Origin: a virus
Taxonomy: Duplodnaviria; Caudoviricetes
DNA: 64,000 bases
Reading direction: 5' to 3' (one strand)
Virus record (IMG/VR): IMGVR_UViG_3300035696_000004
Location: 1 to 64,000 of that record
Part shown: positions 10,501 to 18,636 of the stretch, one piece after another
Layout of the letters: every line of letters starts with the position of its first letter
How positions within the stretch are numbered: the first letter of the stretch is position 1
Made by a program: the position numbers and the translations under genes
The notes under the pieces: generated by a model
Told to the model about the DNA's origin: nothing
The model's database searches: none
What the model saw: the letters and a program-made list of their open reading frames with translations, nothing else

Positions 10501-11165
10501 GGACGTTTGGTGAGGTCTACGCCTATCTTAACAACCTGGTTCGTACTCGTGCCAAGCAGTTTGGTATCGATGGTGCTGGTGCAGGATCAGAAGCAATTAA
10601 GCCATCGGCTGCCAAAACCGCTACCACAGCGGCTACGCCGGCTAAAGCGGGTGCCAAAACAGCGACACCTGCCGCAGCTAGTAAAACTGCTCCCGCTGTC
10701 GCTGCTACAGCAGCACCTGCGGCTACGGTGAAGTCGGCTCCATCGTCGACAGCTACTGTGCCAAAGACCAAAGCACTTCCTGTTGTTCCGCAGTTGACGC
10801 AAGCAGCAATGGGGTCGTCAAAGTCGACGTCCGCTATCGATGAATTGGGTTCGGGCTTCTCTCCGGCAGCCGCTGATCTCGCGAGCAATACGAGGTCACG
10901 TCGCTCCAGTTCGGTGTCTTCGAAATCGGGCGATTCAACATTGGAGAAGTCCCTGAATGTTCAGGAAGAAATGTTGAAAGTGTTGAAAACCATTGCTGAC
11001 AAACTGACACCTGCGTCGGGATCTTCTTCGGGAGCACAATCCGACAAGGGTGACAATTCACCTCAAGCACAACGTGATGTCTCGACGTACGCAAAAGATG
11101 TCATGAAGTCCTCGAGTGAGATGCCGGGTCTTCCAATATCTTTGGATAAGTTCGGTATCAGTTAA
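4539..11165 (+). CDS. Tape-measure-type virion protein with C-terminal lytic transglycosylase (phiKZ gp181-like)
   Basis: 2208 aa. SLT domain AAKAAGVDPRLMGIEAAIESGF...SAAGLFQFVSGTW...DVYLAHFLGAGGA, internal duplicated domains and Ala/Gly-rich helices. Size and synteny match gp181. Confidence 0.9.
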   Translation: MARKKKLDLDEFEIDKSLDFDIPDFDMKPPKDDRKPVTKAASGFLSGVKDTVVSPSFIKNTLRVALPRNYGEVFDFAETSTRSLKDLYNTSTRELRPALNELKRVTGRMLPEGETKLSPKMQKRLKEFADSADKSSGSSGDAREMVLQSTMTDVFRATAEMHADADADRDVKDRIKENIEFGRHKDNIEQLDSIRQSVTQLANYQKVIGSSFQRKSLEVQYRHYFTSIDILTESKKTSAILEQNLAEIRKNTGLPDFVKKTPSESMKELLRNKFVDSVHQGVFGKRSNFVRGVTEKLAGRVVDKVRDFGNNVMTGLSAAEQIADAAKMAKEMGMPFDPHVEAGKLAGGIAADTVGGKVGKWLAPHVAKIPGVIKYGNMGAYGVRNLPQMAQEWAQGYGGGEGLPVIGGTIGAVKDTVRSELSVNNSLETDHVKDMLAPTPYARQDHKALVEVIPGYLARLLQEAQMARTGNDKIQLTLYDYTKNQFGSKTEVYKNAFSKVVSTYGKQANKDQLEKMIDSISGSDKLTPEQRKALGQHLLSSNLKGTLGSKAKLMDSWSYTGAASKHATVFSDMFKNHFGEDKNWTKRLAFTDQYNELGRPIDDSRRIIQDFANAGMLDFLKDAGLVDPTGTQIDMEKFYSYFNEEEYNPDFGSTAESSAPGLGRRKGRQPKKRPRATLHKRAQPRYGHASPQPQESFVSHQHSQPQAAPTTVKFDSKEIVDTIKGESTKSTSEKILDMMLMIHQQIENGVGVYMLGEGHGGEHEGFISRAKGKAGKWYNQSIKGAASRAGSFMWSTLGKARNAGKNAANTFFSLGSTGLGVAKSALGKAYTYSKEKLKNFNEVYVKGELLPRLTNAKLKAGMYRDELTGKIIKSYKDITGPIRDLETGEIVIDKEHLKDLVLKSGAGQKVLEFGKSTFSKIRGLYGSAMGFGLNQIPRIMNAGKWAMKKAYSLLDGPADVYVRTQSGALRKALAKETMEAGGYTSDITGKPIKKVSDIDGAVTLKMHEVVLTQEEFNDGIFNKEGKPLRHGVNKITGKIKDAFKGYKNTLFGAASTVKNFFKGWIGKDGIVFSGSKKITDILLDIYKLLDKRMPGAAGDGKDEKGYRIGSYADQENAKKEKLKEDAEKGEAESGKSGGKLASLMASIKGLGAGIAGRFGKKDKDGDSEEDHHGLLDDAKEDAEYQGVKGIGKRLLKGGKGALKFAGKHLGRAGKGLLGLGGKLIPRMGGALGAEALMTGGAAAAETAAAGTAATAATAATGGGFLAGLGGLASGTAGVLGSVATGAAGLATGAASILFGALAIPVLIGAAAYGGYRLYKHYKNTHLDILEKVRFAQYGFSDKDSDHFGALKDTEDILLKAIVVKNGVPDIDGKKVDGKKIIDAFGIDSQNQPAVEAWAQWFVQRFKPVFLTSVAALNKVKPSLSLGDADGKLTADEKKAYLDIAKFPSGPYGVDINPFDLKAKLTVGKKEVEAAVAEAYAAIAKDKKDLGDKINKGATMATGVAATTVGTAAVPTSSLPPPKTVATAAGAKTSLAQIDNSGFQNNRGLISVAANAAPTLQAFNGRVDGLTAARFKTYGLKEMEADKIRALAALEQAVSAEMKLNSSKVAEWSGSGDKIFAKMSSTFGIDSKSDNMAEDWKAWFTNRFLPTYLVYATTIMAGTKKATVDSAVQALRPKIALDTALATIGATATRSGGNVAVWTFSSSPWPGYKLNMSISTTDLNIQGLKDDAKNETLSEKKANDLKGNKEGDAKNPTGGSIGGTGDKDNGKPQSFFDQVKNIISNPMGAIKSAGSAISGAWDAAKSALGFGGGGEITQPGHGTGGDINAIPKPKGDGSYAAMKEMLDAAAKAAGVDPRLMGIEAAIESGFKTNAKAGTSSAAGLFQFVSGTWQTMLKRYGAKYGINPNTPPTDPRAAALMGAEFIKENVNALKGTGKQISDTDVYLAHFLGAGGAVKFLKSDPNAIAAQGMPDAARANANIFYDHGRPRTFGEVYAYLNNLVRTRAKQFGIDGAGAGSEAIKPSAAKTATTAATPAKAGAKTATPAAASKTAPAVAATAAPAATVKSAPSSTATVPKTKALPVVPQLTQAAMGSSKSTSAIDELGSGFSPAAADLASNTRSRRSSSVSSKSGDSTLEKSLNVQEEMLKVLKTIADKLTPASGSSSGAQSDKGDNSPQAQRDVSTYAKDVMKSSSEMPGLPISLDKFGIS

Positions 11166-11171
11166 ACAGGT

Positions 11172-11198
11172 GCCGGCGAGTCGAGAGGCTCGCCGGTA
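11172..11198 (+). terminator. GC-rich hairpin after the tape-measure gene
   Basis: ccggcgag...ctcgccgg inverted repeat just after the stop; no U-tract. Confidence 0.45.
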
Positions 11199-11225
11199 AT
11201 CCCATCATGAACGGAGTATTACACC

Positions 11226-13286
11226 ATGGGCCCTTTAGTAGCGGATAAGAGCTGGGTTCGACAAGCGTTTCTGGTAAAATCGTCCGACCTTCCTACGGTC
11301 GCCGTTCAGAATAGAACGATGTCGACCGCTCAGCTGAAGTTTACAGACACGACGCCGGGCGGCAGTTTCGCTATTAACCCCCCTCCTCAATTTTGCCGAT
11401 TTACTGACCCTCGTGTCAAGGGGTTAGCGAATGGGTCTCCTGGTCTCGGTCGATACTACAACGAGGCCATTGAAGAAAATAGCCAACTCATCAATCTTCG
11501 GTTCGGTGTTCCCAAGTTCAATTCCTTGACGACGTTCTTCGGTGGCTTCTATAACAGTGGCGCCGGGCAACTCGCACGGACAGGGCGCTCGACGGATGCA
11601 TTCTACGCAATTGGTAAGGCGGCTGGGTTTGTCGTCAGTATCATGAGTTGGAAGTTGCTGTTCGTCCATGCTCTTGGTTATGCATCGAACTTCGTGCTTC
11701 AAAAACCATCGAGTAAGTTCTACTATCTGAAACCAACGATGCCGTTGTACTGGAACGCCGTACAAACCATCGTGAACCAGATCGCAGTGAACATGGGGAT
11801 TGTTCCCAGACTCGGTGGTAACGACGTGATGACGACAATTGGTAACAACTACCAATTCGATAGTAGCGGTCAAGCCAAGCTTCACGCGTTACTTCCGGAC
11901 ATCATCAACACCAGTGGCAGTATTGACGTCTTCTCGATGGCGAACAAAGCGCAACGTCTTGCACGTCAATTCGCCAAGCTTCAAGAAGCACAACTGAGTG
12001 AAACGGATTTCACACTGTCGAGTGCTATTCAGAGCATCTTCACCACCAAGATTTCCGATACCCCGGTGGATTATGCAACCTACTTGAAGAAGTGGGTCTC
12101 TGGTACGGCGCAGGCACAACTCGCTTCGTCTACGGCTTCTGGTGCTGAAGTCGGTACCGAACAACTTGACAGTAGCGCGTCGGCTAACTCGGGGTTCTTT
12201 GACTTCTTGAAAGCCGAGCTGGATGATGGCGGTGCATTTGCCACCTTCCGTGTCAATTACACCGGTGCTGTCGGTGAAAGCTTCAGTAACTCTGTAGGTG
12301 AGTCAGACATTGCGCAGAAGATGAATTCGACATCAGCCTCAGCACGCGAGATGAAATTCAACTTCGCTAACGGTAACCTCATGGGTGGTGCAGCAGGCGC
12401 ATTGCTCCAAACCGTATCCGGGGCTATCACGGATGTGGTCTCCGGAGCATTGGATGGTTTGCATCTGAGCGGTCTTGCTGCATTGGGGGGTTCGGCTTTT
12501 GTCGACATACCGAAACACTGGCAGTCGTCGATGGCCTCGTTACCCCATAGCACGTACACGATCAACCTGAATTCTCCGTACGGGAATCCAGTCTCTAGGC
12601 TGATTAACCTCTGGGTACCCGTGGCTATGTTGTTAGCGGGGACACTCCCTCTATCGACAGGTACGCAATCGTACACGAGTCCGTTCATTTGCGAACTGTA
12701 CGACCAGGGTCGTTGCCAGACACGTCTCGGGATGATTGAAAGCCTCTCTATTACCCGTGGTACCGGAAACACCGGTTTCAACAACCGTAATGAAGCACTC
12801 GGATTGGAAGTGAGCTTCAGTATCGTTGATATGTCATCGGTTCTCCATATGCCTATCCACGCTGGTTTCGGTATGACCGCCGCCACGGCTCTAGGTAATG
12901 CGGGGGGTGTTCTGGGGGGTGTATCGGGTGCTGTCCTAGGGAGTGGTGCCGGTGTCGTAGGTGCGGCTGTCGTGGGTGGTGCAGGCGCCACCGCGGGTAC
13001 GGCTATTGGTTTTGCTACGGGTACGGCTATCGATACCGCTTCTGCGGCGGTAGATACGTTTGCCAACATCTTCGATGATGACAACTCGTTTACCGATTAC
13101 ATGGCGGTTCTCGGAAGCATGGGTCTGGAAGATCAGATCTATTCGTGGAAGAAGTTTAAGCTGAAAGCTACCATGCAAGCTGCACAGTGGAAGTCCTGGA
13201 CATCGGCTGCTCACTTTGCTTCGTTTATGGGCGACACGAGTGTTGCTCGAGTGGCTTCTGCTATTTTCAAGGGTACCGCGAGGTAA
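11226..13286 (+). CDS. Virion/baseplate structural protein (phiKZ gp182-like)
   Basis: 686 aa, GGAG RBS. Motifs KFTDTTPGGSFAINPPPQF, FVDIPKHWQSS and YTSPFICELYDQGRCQTRLGMIESLSITRG; follows the gp181-like gene. Confidence 0.75.
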   Translation: MGPLVADKSWVRQAFLVKSSDLPTVAVQNRTMSTAQLKFTDTTPGGSFAINPPPQFCRFTDPRVKGLANGSPGLGRYYNEAIEENSQLINLRFGVPKFNSLTTFFGGFYNSGAGQLARTGRSTDAFYAIGKAAGFVVSIMSWKLLFVHALGYASNFVLQKPSSKFYYLKPTMPLYWNAVQTIVNQIAVNMGIVPRLGGNDVMTTIGNNYQFDSSGQAKLHALLPDIINTSGSIDVFSMANKAQRLARQFAKLQEAQLSETDFTLSSAIQSIFTTKISDTPVDYATYLKKWVSGTAQAQLASSTASGAEVGTEQLDSSASANSGFFDFLKAELDDGGAFATFRVNYTGAVGESFSNSVGESDIAQKMNSTSASAREMKFNFANGNLMGGAAGALLQTVSGAITDVVSGALDGLHLSGLAALGGSAFVDIPKHWQSSMASLPHSTYTINLNSPYGNPVSRLINLWVPVAMLLAGTLPLSTGTQSYTSPFICELYDQGRCQTRLGMIESLSITRGTGNTGFNNRNEALGLEVSFSIVDMSSVLHMPIHAGFGMTAATALGNAGGVLGGVSGAVLGSGAGVVGAAVVGGAGATAGTAIGFATGTAIDTASAAVDTFANIFDDDNSFTDYMAVLGSMGLEDQIYSWKKFKLKATMQAAQWKSWTSAAHFASFMGDTSVARVASAIFKGTAR

Positions 13287-13301
13287 AAGAAAAAGTGACG
13301 T

Positions 13302-13335
13302 CATACAGGCCAGGGCAAACGCCCTGGCCTGTATG
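13302..13335. terminator. Bidirectional hairpin, CATA...TATG family
   Basis: Perfect 15-bp stem catacaggccagggc-aaac-gccctggcctgtatg between convergent genes. Confidence 0.75.
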
Positions 13336-13336
13336 C

Positions 13337-14425
13337 TCACCAATCAGCGGTGGAGTAAACCGAACTATTGCTTGACGATGTGGTTTGAGACCCGCTCGAC
13401 GCGACGGTCATCGGAAAGTCTGTCGCCAATTGATCTTCAACACTGGTCGTTTCGAATTTATCCGAATAAGCCAAATCCATCAACGTGGTATCGGAAGAAG
13501 CCTGTGCACCACTCACCACCAACGTTTTGAAATCATCGCTACCATCAGCAAACTTGGAAAAATCAACAGCCGTCTCCGACGTTCCGGAAGAAGATGTCAG
13601 TGTCGAGGACATCCAAGCGGAATCAACCGATGAATATGCAGCCGTAAGACTTGTAAATTCCGAACTGATCGTATTGTCCGTTGAATTATCCGATGCCGTG
13701 TAACTGCTCGAAAAGTCACTGATGATGGTCGGGTTAATGGCCAGGACACCACCCGTCCCTAATGCGTCGCCCATTTGAGCCAGGTTTGCTACATCCGATC
13801 CTGATATCGTGGTAGGTAACGATGCCTGAGCCACTTGGGAGATGGAACTGGTATCCGTCCCTAGAGCGCTGATCGAAGAGGAGAATGACCCCGTCACGCC
13901 CAGTGACGATAGGCTCGATGAAAGGCTCGTCGAGAGTGCGACTTTAGCAACAGCATCATTAATCGCCAGTACGCCAGCATTCCCACTGTACGCACTCAGT
14001 AACTTGCTCACCGAGCTCAAACTATCGAAGTTTGTTGCCTTCGCTTGCTGAACCGCTTTGCCAAGGCTGATTGCCAGCTTGCCATCGGTCGTGATCGAAC
14101 TGAAGAGACTCGATGCATCAGTGAGCCCAGCTTTGGATAACAAGCTGCTGGTGATACCTGAGATGGCCAGCAATCGATTTGTCCCTGTCAGATTTGACAG
14201 AGTCGATTTCAACTTCTTTGCATCTGCCAGCGCTGTTTCAGCCGCCTTCAAACCCGATACGAGACTTTTTGCACCCCGGAGCACATTGGTCAAACCAAAG
14301 TCATACGAGGTGCTGAAGTCTTTCACACTTGTGATGACAGCACTATTCGTCTGTTTATAGACGTCGGTTGCCTGTAAGGTCGCATCACCCGACGACTGCC
14401 AAATATTACTTGCCGTAGAGCCCAT
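13337..14425 (-). CDS. Ser/Thr-rich hypothetical protein, probably virion structural
   Basis: 362-aa ORF with GGAG RBS and strongly S/T/A-biased composition. Confidence 0.6.
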   Translation of the reverse strand: MGSTASNIWQSSGDATLQATDVYKQTNSAVITSVKDFSTSYDFGLTNVLRGAKSLVSGLKAAETALADAKKLKSTLSNLTGTNRLLAISGITSSLLSKAGLTDASSLFSSITTDGKLAISLGKAVQQAKATNFDSLSSVSKLLSAYSGNAGVLAINDAVAKVALSTSLSSSLSSLGVTGSFSSSISALGTDTSSISQVAQASLPTTISGSDVANLAQMGDALGTGGVLAINPTIISDFSSSYTASDNSTDNTISSEFTSLTAAYSSVDSAWMSSTLTSSSGTSETAVDFSKFADGSDDFKTLVVSGAQASSDTTLMDLAYSDKFETTSVEDQLATDFPMTVASSGSQTTSSSNSSVYSTADW

Positions 14426-14449
14426 TATTTTCTCCGAGAATGCAAAAAA

Positions 14450-14471
14450 AAGAGGAGTCTCCCCCTCTTTT
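14450..14471 (-). terminator. Rho-independent terminator candidate
   Basis: aaagagg...cctcttt stem with an A-run on the plus strand (U-tract on minus), just after the stop of 14485-15042. Confidence 0.5.
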
Positions 14472-14484
14472 CCTGCCGAGCGTC

Positions 14485-15042
14485 TTAGAGACGCTTCAGC
14501 AGATGCCCGTAATTGGGCGTGGCTGGGTGCCGGCCTGTTTTCAGCAGTTCCCGCACATGTTCAAAATACCCTGTCACTGTGGGTGACGATGCCGGCCGAA
14601 TGAAGAGACCGGACATGAGGTCCTCGGTCTCCTTGTTGGTCGTTTGGTAGATGTAGTAATGATCGAATGGCAACGTCGATTCCAACATCAGCCGACGCAT
14701 CTCGCTGTTCTGCGAGATCTTGTAGAAGTTCGCTTCTTCGACAATGGCGTCAAAGTCTTCCAGGAACGGACCCTTCGCGGCCTTGTTGGCCCAGCGCGCT
14801 TCCATGCCGCTCAGTTCGCGAATGCTGTTCGACGGATTGACCGAACGGATCCACGCCATGAACGCTTCCATGGAGTTGAACGGCCCGAAGAGCGGGTGGT
14901 TGAACGGCGCGTAGTACAAGCTGCTGAGCATGCGGCCGAGTTCGGTGCGGGCTCGCATGTCGATGTTGATGTGTTCGATCCCGTCCTTGAGGACGATCGG
15001 GTTGTCGGTTGTTTCGTGCGGCATTTCTTTTGTCACGCTCAT
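14485..15042 (-). CDS. NADAR/YbiA-like domain protein
   Basis: Start moved to ATG 15042 (AAGGA RBS). DGIEHINID...RTELGRMLSSLYYAPF..FGPFNSMEAF...KISQNSEMRRLMLES follows the NADAR pattern LSNF..PF..F.SVEH...KF.QN..LR..LL.T. Confidence 0.5.
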   Translation of the reverse strand: MSVTKEMPHETTDNPIVLKDGIEHINIDMRARTELGRMLSSLYYAPFNHPLFGPFNSMEAFMAWIRSVNPSNSIRELSGMEARWANKAAKGPFLEDFDAIVEEANFYKISQNSEMRRLMLESTLPFDHYYIYQTTNKETEDLMSGLFIRPASSPTVTGYFEHVRELLKTGRHPATPNYGHLLKRL

Positions 15043-15076
15043 AGATATTTCCTTCCGCGGAGGCTTGGTTTCAAGA

Positions 15077-15607
15077 TCAAACCAGTCCCGTCTTATTGGT
15101 CGGTCGGTTCTTCGTATTAACCTGGTTCGATTCGTAGTTGCCGCCAGGTTGCTCATCGTCGCTGCTGTCATGGTCGTATCCTTCCTCGTCTGAAGAATCG
15201 GTGGTCCAGTGATCCCTCTTACCTACAGGGAGCTCTAACCCCGGGATTTCGTACTTTACCCCATTTTTTTCGATGACCAAATAGAGGGTCGCCTTGTCCG
15301 GGTTTGCAAAACGCATCGCCTTCAGAAAGGTTTTCCAACTTTGATGGTCTCGTGTGAGATCCTTGACGATATTGCCACGTACACTCGCCAGGTCCACATT
15401 GTTGTCGGGGATGTTCCTCTTGTCAGCCAAATAATCGGCCATCATCTTCGTCCATTTGGATGCCCCAACATCAAGCGTCTCCAGAACGTTTCTGAACAAC
15501 CAAGCCAATCCGCCGCTGCTACCGGTAATGGAGTTCTTACCTTTGTCCGCTTTGGACAGCATCGTCAGGAGAGGTGATTGTCCTCTGTCGCGCCTAAGAA
15601 AGGCCAT
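15077..15607 (-). CDS. Hypothetical protein with acidic C-terminus
   Basis: Start moved to ATG 15607 (AAGGA RBS); helical core followed by a D/E-rich tail. Confidence 0.6.
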   Translation of the reverse strand: MAFLRRDRGQSPLLTMLSKADKGKNSITGSSGGLAWLFRNVLETLDVGASKWTKMMADYLADKRNIPDNNVDLASVRGNIVKDLTRDHQSWKTFLKAMRFANPDKATLYLVIEKNGVKYEIPGLELPVGKRDHWTTDSSDEEGYDHDSSDDEQPGGNYESNQVNTKNRPTNKTGLV

Positions 15608-15649
15608 AGCCGTAATCCTTATTAAAAACCGCACATTAAGATACTACCC

Positions 15650-16159
15650 CTACACTGAAGCGACCAGCAGAGCTTGAAGCACCACCAGAAGCATTTCAGT
15701 GAAGGATTCAAGCGAGCGCTTGTAGTATCCGTACATCCCAGTATCCGGCGAAGGATCTGTGGGTTCCATCAACGCACAAAACGTCGTGAGTTCCTTCTTC
15801 AATTCCGCCACAGCATCCACTATGTTTAGATAGTGGCCGCTACGAGAGATAAAGAATGTATCCAACGTCGTCCACGCCACTTCTTGCTCCAGGGAGTAAT
15901 CCTTGAGCGTGGCTAATCGACCAATCGTCACGTTCAGATGCCGCAACGTCTTGGTCAGATGTTCGATAGAGAGATAGCCTGTAGCGATCTCGAAGTTTGC
16001 CCCGACCTTGGGGGAGTAATGCGCGAAGCGCTCAGGCCGAAGCATGGTAAGCATAGCGGCGCATTGAGCGCGCTTTGTCGGTAGTTGCCCGTATCGACCG
16101 ATTCGAAAGAGCACGACATACTTCCTCAGTGTCCTGAGTATTTCACGAAGCTTAACCAT
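15650..16159 (-). CDS. Hypothetical protein, probably early
   Basis: Start moved to ATG 16159 (AGAAAGG RBS; MVKLREILRTLRKY); early-promoter-like motif upstream. Confidence 0.6.
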   Translation of the reverse strand: MVKLREILRTLRKYVVLFRIGRYGQLPTKRAQCAAMLTMLRPERFAHYSPKVGANFEIATGYLSIEHLTKTLRHLNVTIGRLATLKDYSLEQEVAWTTLDTFFISRSGHYLNIVDAVAELKKELTTFCALMEPTDPSPDTGMYGYYKRSLESFTEMLLVVLQALLVASV

Positions 16160-16206
16160 CTCAGAAACCTTTCTTATGACTCGGTTACTACCTATTGTCA
16201 GATGGA

Positions 16207-16229
16207 TGATATATGTTTGAAAATATTTA
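16207..16229 (-). promoter_or_regulatory. Candidate early (vRNAP) promoter
   Basis: Minus strand reads AAATATTTTCAAACATATATCA, nearly identical to the motif at 54887-54908. Confidence 0.5.
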
Positions 16230-16244
16230 TATTGGAGATTTACG

Positions 16245-16664
16245 ATGACCGACGTGATTAACGAGCGTCCTTTTGAGAACGACGACGAAACACACAACTT
16301 CACTCAAGGCATCCGTAAAAAGATTGTACTGGCGATGATGCCGGCTGGAAACATCCCGAACGATCCGGATAATATCAAACTCATCGCAGGGTTGCTGACG
16401 GACATTGACCGAACGACTCTGGGTCGCGCCAAGATCAAGAGCGACGAGAACATTGCCAATACGCAGATGCTGACCGAGGTCGTAACGGCAACGCTTCTGA
16501 AAGTGGATCCGAATAAGATCTTCGGGGAACATACCCGTGTTGAGCGGGAGATTCCGATGATCTCCGTTGATCAAATACCTGATCCTATCCTGGTAGAAGG
16601 CGAACTGGATGAGCAGTCGGAACCGATTTCGTACGATGCCTTTATGGAACGCTTTGAAGAATGA
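16245..16664 (+). CDS. Hypothetical protein
   Basis: 139 aa with GGAG RBS; ends at a hairpin shared with the convergent gene. Confidence 0.65.
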   Translation: MTDVINERPFENDDETHNFTQGIRKKIVLAMMPAGNIPNDPDNIKLIAGLLTDIDRTTLGRAKIKSDENIANTQMLTEVVTATLLKVDPNKIFGEHTRVEREIPMISVDQIPDPILVEGELDEQSEPISYDAFMERFEE

Positions 16665-16665
16665 T

Positions 16666-16705
16666 CACAGACCCCTGCACCCGAAACGGGTGCAGGGGCT
16701 ATGAC
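16666..16705. terminator. Hairpin, CATA...TATG family
   Basis: cccctgcacccg-aaa-cgggtgcagggg followed by ctatgac, between convergent genes. Confidence 0.7.
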
Positions 16706-16706
16706 G

Positions 16707-17426
16707 CTAACGCGAATCAGACAGAACGCTGAAGTACCACGGATCCAGAAACTCCAGATGAATCAATGGAAGTAACGACGTGATGACGGCTTCAAACGGA
16801 TGCATTGCTTTCCGAGTGGTCCCCGCAATTTGGAGGTCCGTCAGTTCCTCGTTGTACAGCGCCGGAGCAAACAAAACCACATCCGTCAGCACAGGTGCTG
16901 GCATCGCTGCAAACCCTTTGATGTTGGTATTGATCCATTCCTCAAAATGATACATCACCATCATGATGACATTTTGTTTCACGCTCATCGGCGTGAGATC
17001 TTTCAGAGGGATGTACTCGATCTTTACCTTACAGAGGTGCCCCATCATTTCAGACACAACGCTTTGAAGCTCTTGCATGACTTCTGGAGTCATCTGGTAC
17101 GGATACGTATTGACGAGGAGTTGAATCTCCTGCTTGTGAGGCATCGTCATGGCTTGCGCCAACACTTGAATGACTGTGGTGCGCAAGTGCTTCCCGATAT
17201 TGGTCAGGAATGAATGCTTCAGTGTCTCCTCATCACGTTCCGCGTACATCTTCAAATAGAGAGCGCGATCAACCCCCTTGAAGATATCGGTCTTTCGATG
17301 GTGATAACCGTTGTTCAGTACATCGGCCGCCACCTGCTGATTCATTTTCGCGAGTGTCCCCAGACGCGTGTCCAGAATGCTATCCAGGTCCACATAGATG
17401 ATTTGCTCTAGATGACCCGCTGCCAT
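16707..17426 (-). CDS. Conserved phiKZ-like protein with HAD-like N-terminal DxD motif
   Basis: 239 aa; IYVDLDSILDTRLGTL resembles HAD motif I. Confidence 0.55.
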   Translation of the reverse strand: MAAGHLEQIIYVDLDSILDTRLGTLAKMNQQVAADVLNNGYHHRKTDIFKGVDRALYLKMYAERDEETLKHSFLTNIGKHLRTTVIQVLAQAMTMPHKQEIQLLVNTYPYQMTPEVMQELQSVVSEMMGHLCKVKIEYIPLKDLTPMSVKQNVIMMVMYHFEEWINTNIKGFAAMPAPVLTDVVLFAPALYNEELTDLQIAGTTRKAMHPFEAVITSLLPLIHLEFLDPWYFSVLSDSR

Positions 17427-17429
17427 GGT

Positions 17430-17951
17430 TTATTCCGCCTGTTGAATGAGCTGTTGTTCATGTCGACGTTTCATGAGATCGTTGAGAGTGCCAGCGATAT
17501 CGATGAAATTGGTCTTGATCATGGCGAGAATGAACAACCATTTGTTGTCCGCCAAAACAACGGTTGCTGCCTCATACGTCGGTAGACGCGACCGGTAGTC
17601 GTCCGGCAACATCGAACCGCGATGGTTTTTGTTGCTGATCGGGGAGAACCCTTCAGCAAGAAGCGCAGCGTACGTATCGTACAGGTCCAATCCAGATCCC
17701 CAATTGGAGAAGAATTGTGCTTGGACTTCAAAAATGAAGTCCCTCGTGATCGCCGAGCCGAAGACAGAACTGTAAAGCGCGTTGGTCCTGTCCGACGATA
17801 CAAAGAGGTACGGTGCCGTCTTTGCCGTCGTATCGCACAGCGAATAGATGTACGGTATATCGTCGAGCGAAACCCAACGTGCCGAAACCGTGTTGAAAGC
17901 CTCAACAAAGGCACCTTTGATCTCAGCGACCATGTCAACAGAAAGACTCAT
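17430..17951 (-). CDS. Hypothetical protein
   Basis: 173-aa ORF tightly packed in the minus-strand operon. Confidence 0.6.
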   Translation of the reverse strand: MSLSVDMVAEIKGAFVEAFNTVSARWVSLDDIPYIYSLCDTTAKTAPYLFVSSDRTNALYSSVFGSAITRDFIFEVQAQFFSNWGSGLDLYDTYAALLAEGFSPISNKNHRGSMLPDDYRSRLPTYEAATVVLADNKWLFILAMIKTNFIDIAGTLNDLMKRRHEQQLIQQAE

Positions 17952-17961
17952 GGTAAACCCT

Positions 17962-18636
17962 TTAAAGCGTGTTTTGTAAATGGCAGGCTGTCAAGAAGGC
18001 TCGCAGCGTGTCAGTAGAAGTCACCGTCGTACCGAGGGTCTCGATGCTCTTGAGGTTGACACCACCTGTCTTACTGATGCTGTCATTCATCGCATTGAAG
18101 GCCTTCGTATCCCCGCCACGCATCTTGATCATTTCCAGCAAGCTACGGTCGAGGTTTCGAGCAGCTAGAATTTGAATCTCTGGCATGGAGATCTTACTGC
18201 CCTTCGACGCACCTGTTGGTTGACCCGTGAAATCATCGACAGAACGATTGTGTTCGGGAATCGAGATTTTCTTTTCCTGCAACTGCGCCTGACGACGTAC
18301 CGGAAGATCAACAATCAGATACTTCTCGGGTGTCATGTACGGCGGAATATCGTTACCCGGATCAATCAGCAACTGTTCAAAGAACTCGTGACCCAATTCT
18401 TTGGCCAAAGCGAGGTTTCTCTCGACGCTTAACTTCATCCCGGTTAAGTTGGGGACGATGATGGCCAGACGAATCGTTCCGTCATTGAGACCGTGCATGA
18501 AGGTATCAAACGCCTTGTCGTCCATGTTGGCAAACAGACGTTCGTAAATCTTGGTGTTGGGGGAGCCCGGCAAGAGCGCATCGATGTACTTGATGATGTA
18601 CTCTTCCGCCGCTTTTCGGTTTTTACCGGTAGGCAT
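17962..18636 (-). CDS. Virion RNA polymerase beta subunit, C-terminal part (phiKZ gp149-like)
   Basis: 224 aa. YLIVDLPVRRQAQLQEKKISIPEHNRSVDDFTGQPTGASKGSKISMPEIQILAARNL...EMIKMRGGD matches the beta C-terminal signature (TGQP...G.K...E). Confidence 0.85.
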   Translation of the reverse strand: MPTGKNRKAAEEYIIKYIDALLPGSPNTKIYERLFANMDDKAFDTFMHGLNDGTIRLAIIVPNLTGMKLSVERNLALAKELGHEFFEQLLIDPGNDIPPYMTPEKYLIVDLPVRRQAQLQEKKISIPEHNRSVDDFTGQPTGASKGSKISMPEIQILAARNLDRSLLEMIKMRGGDTKAFNAMNDSISKTGGVNLKSIETLGTTVTSTDTLRAFLTACHLQNTL

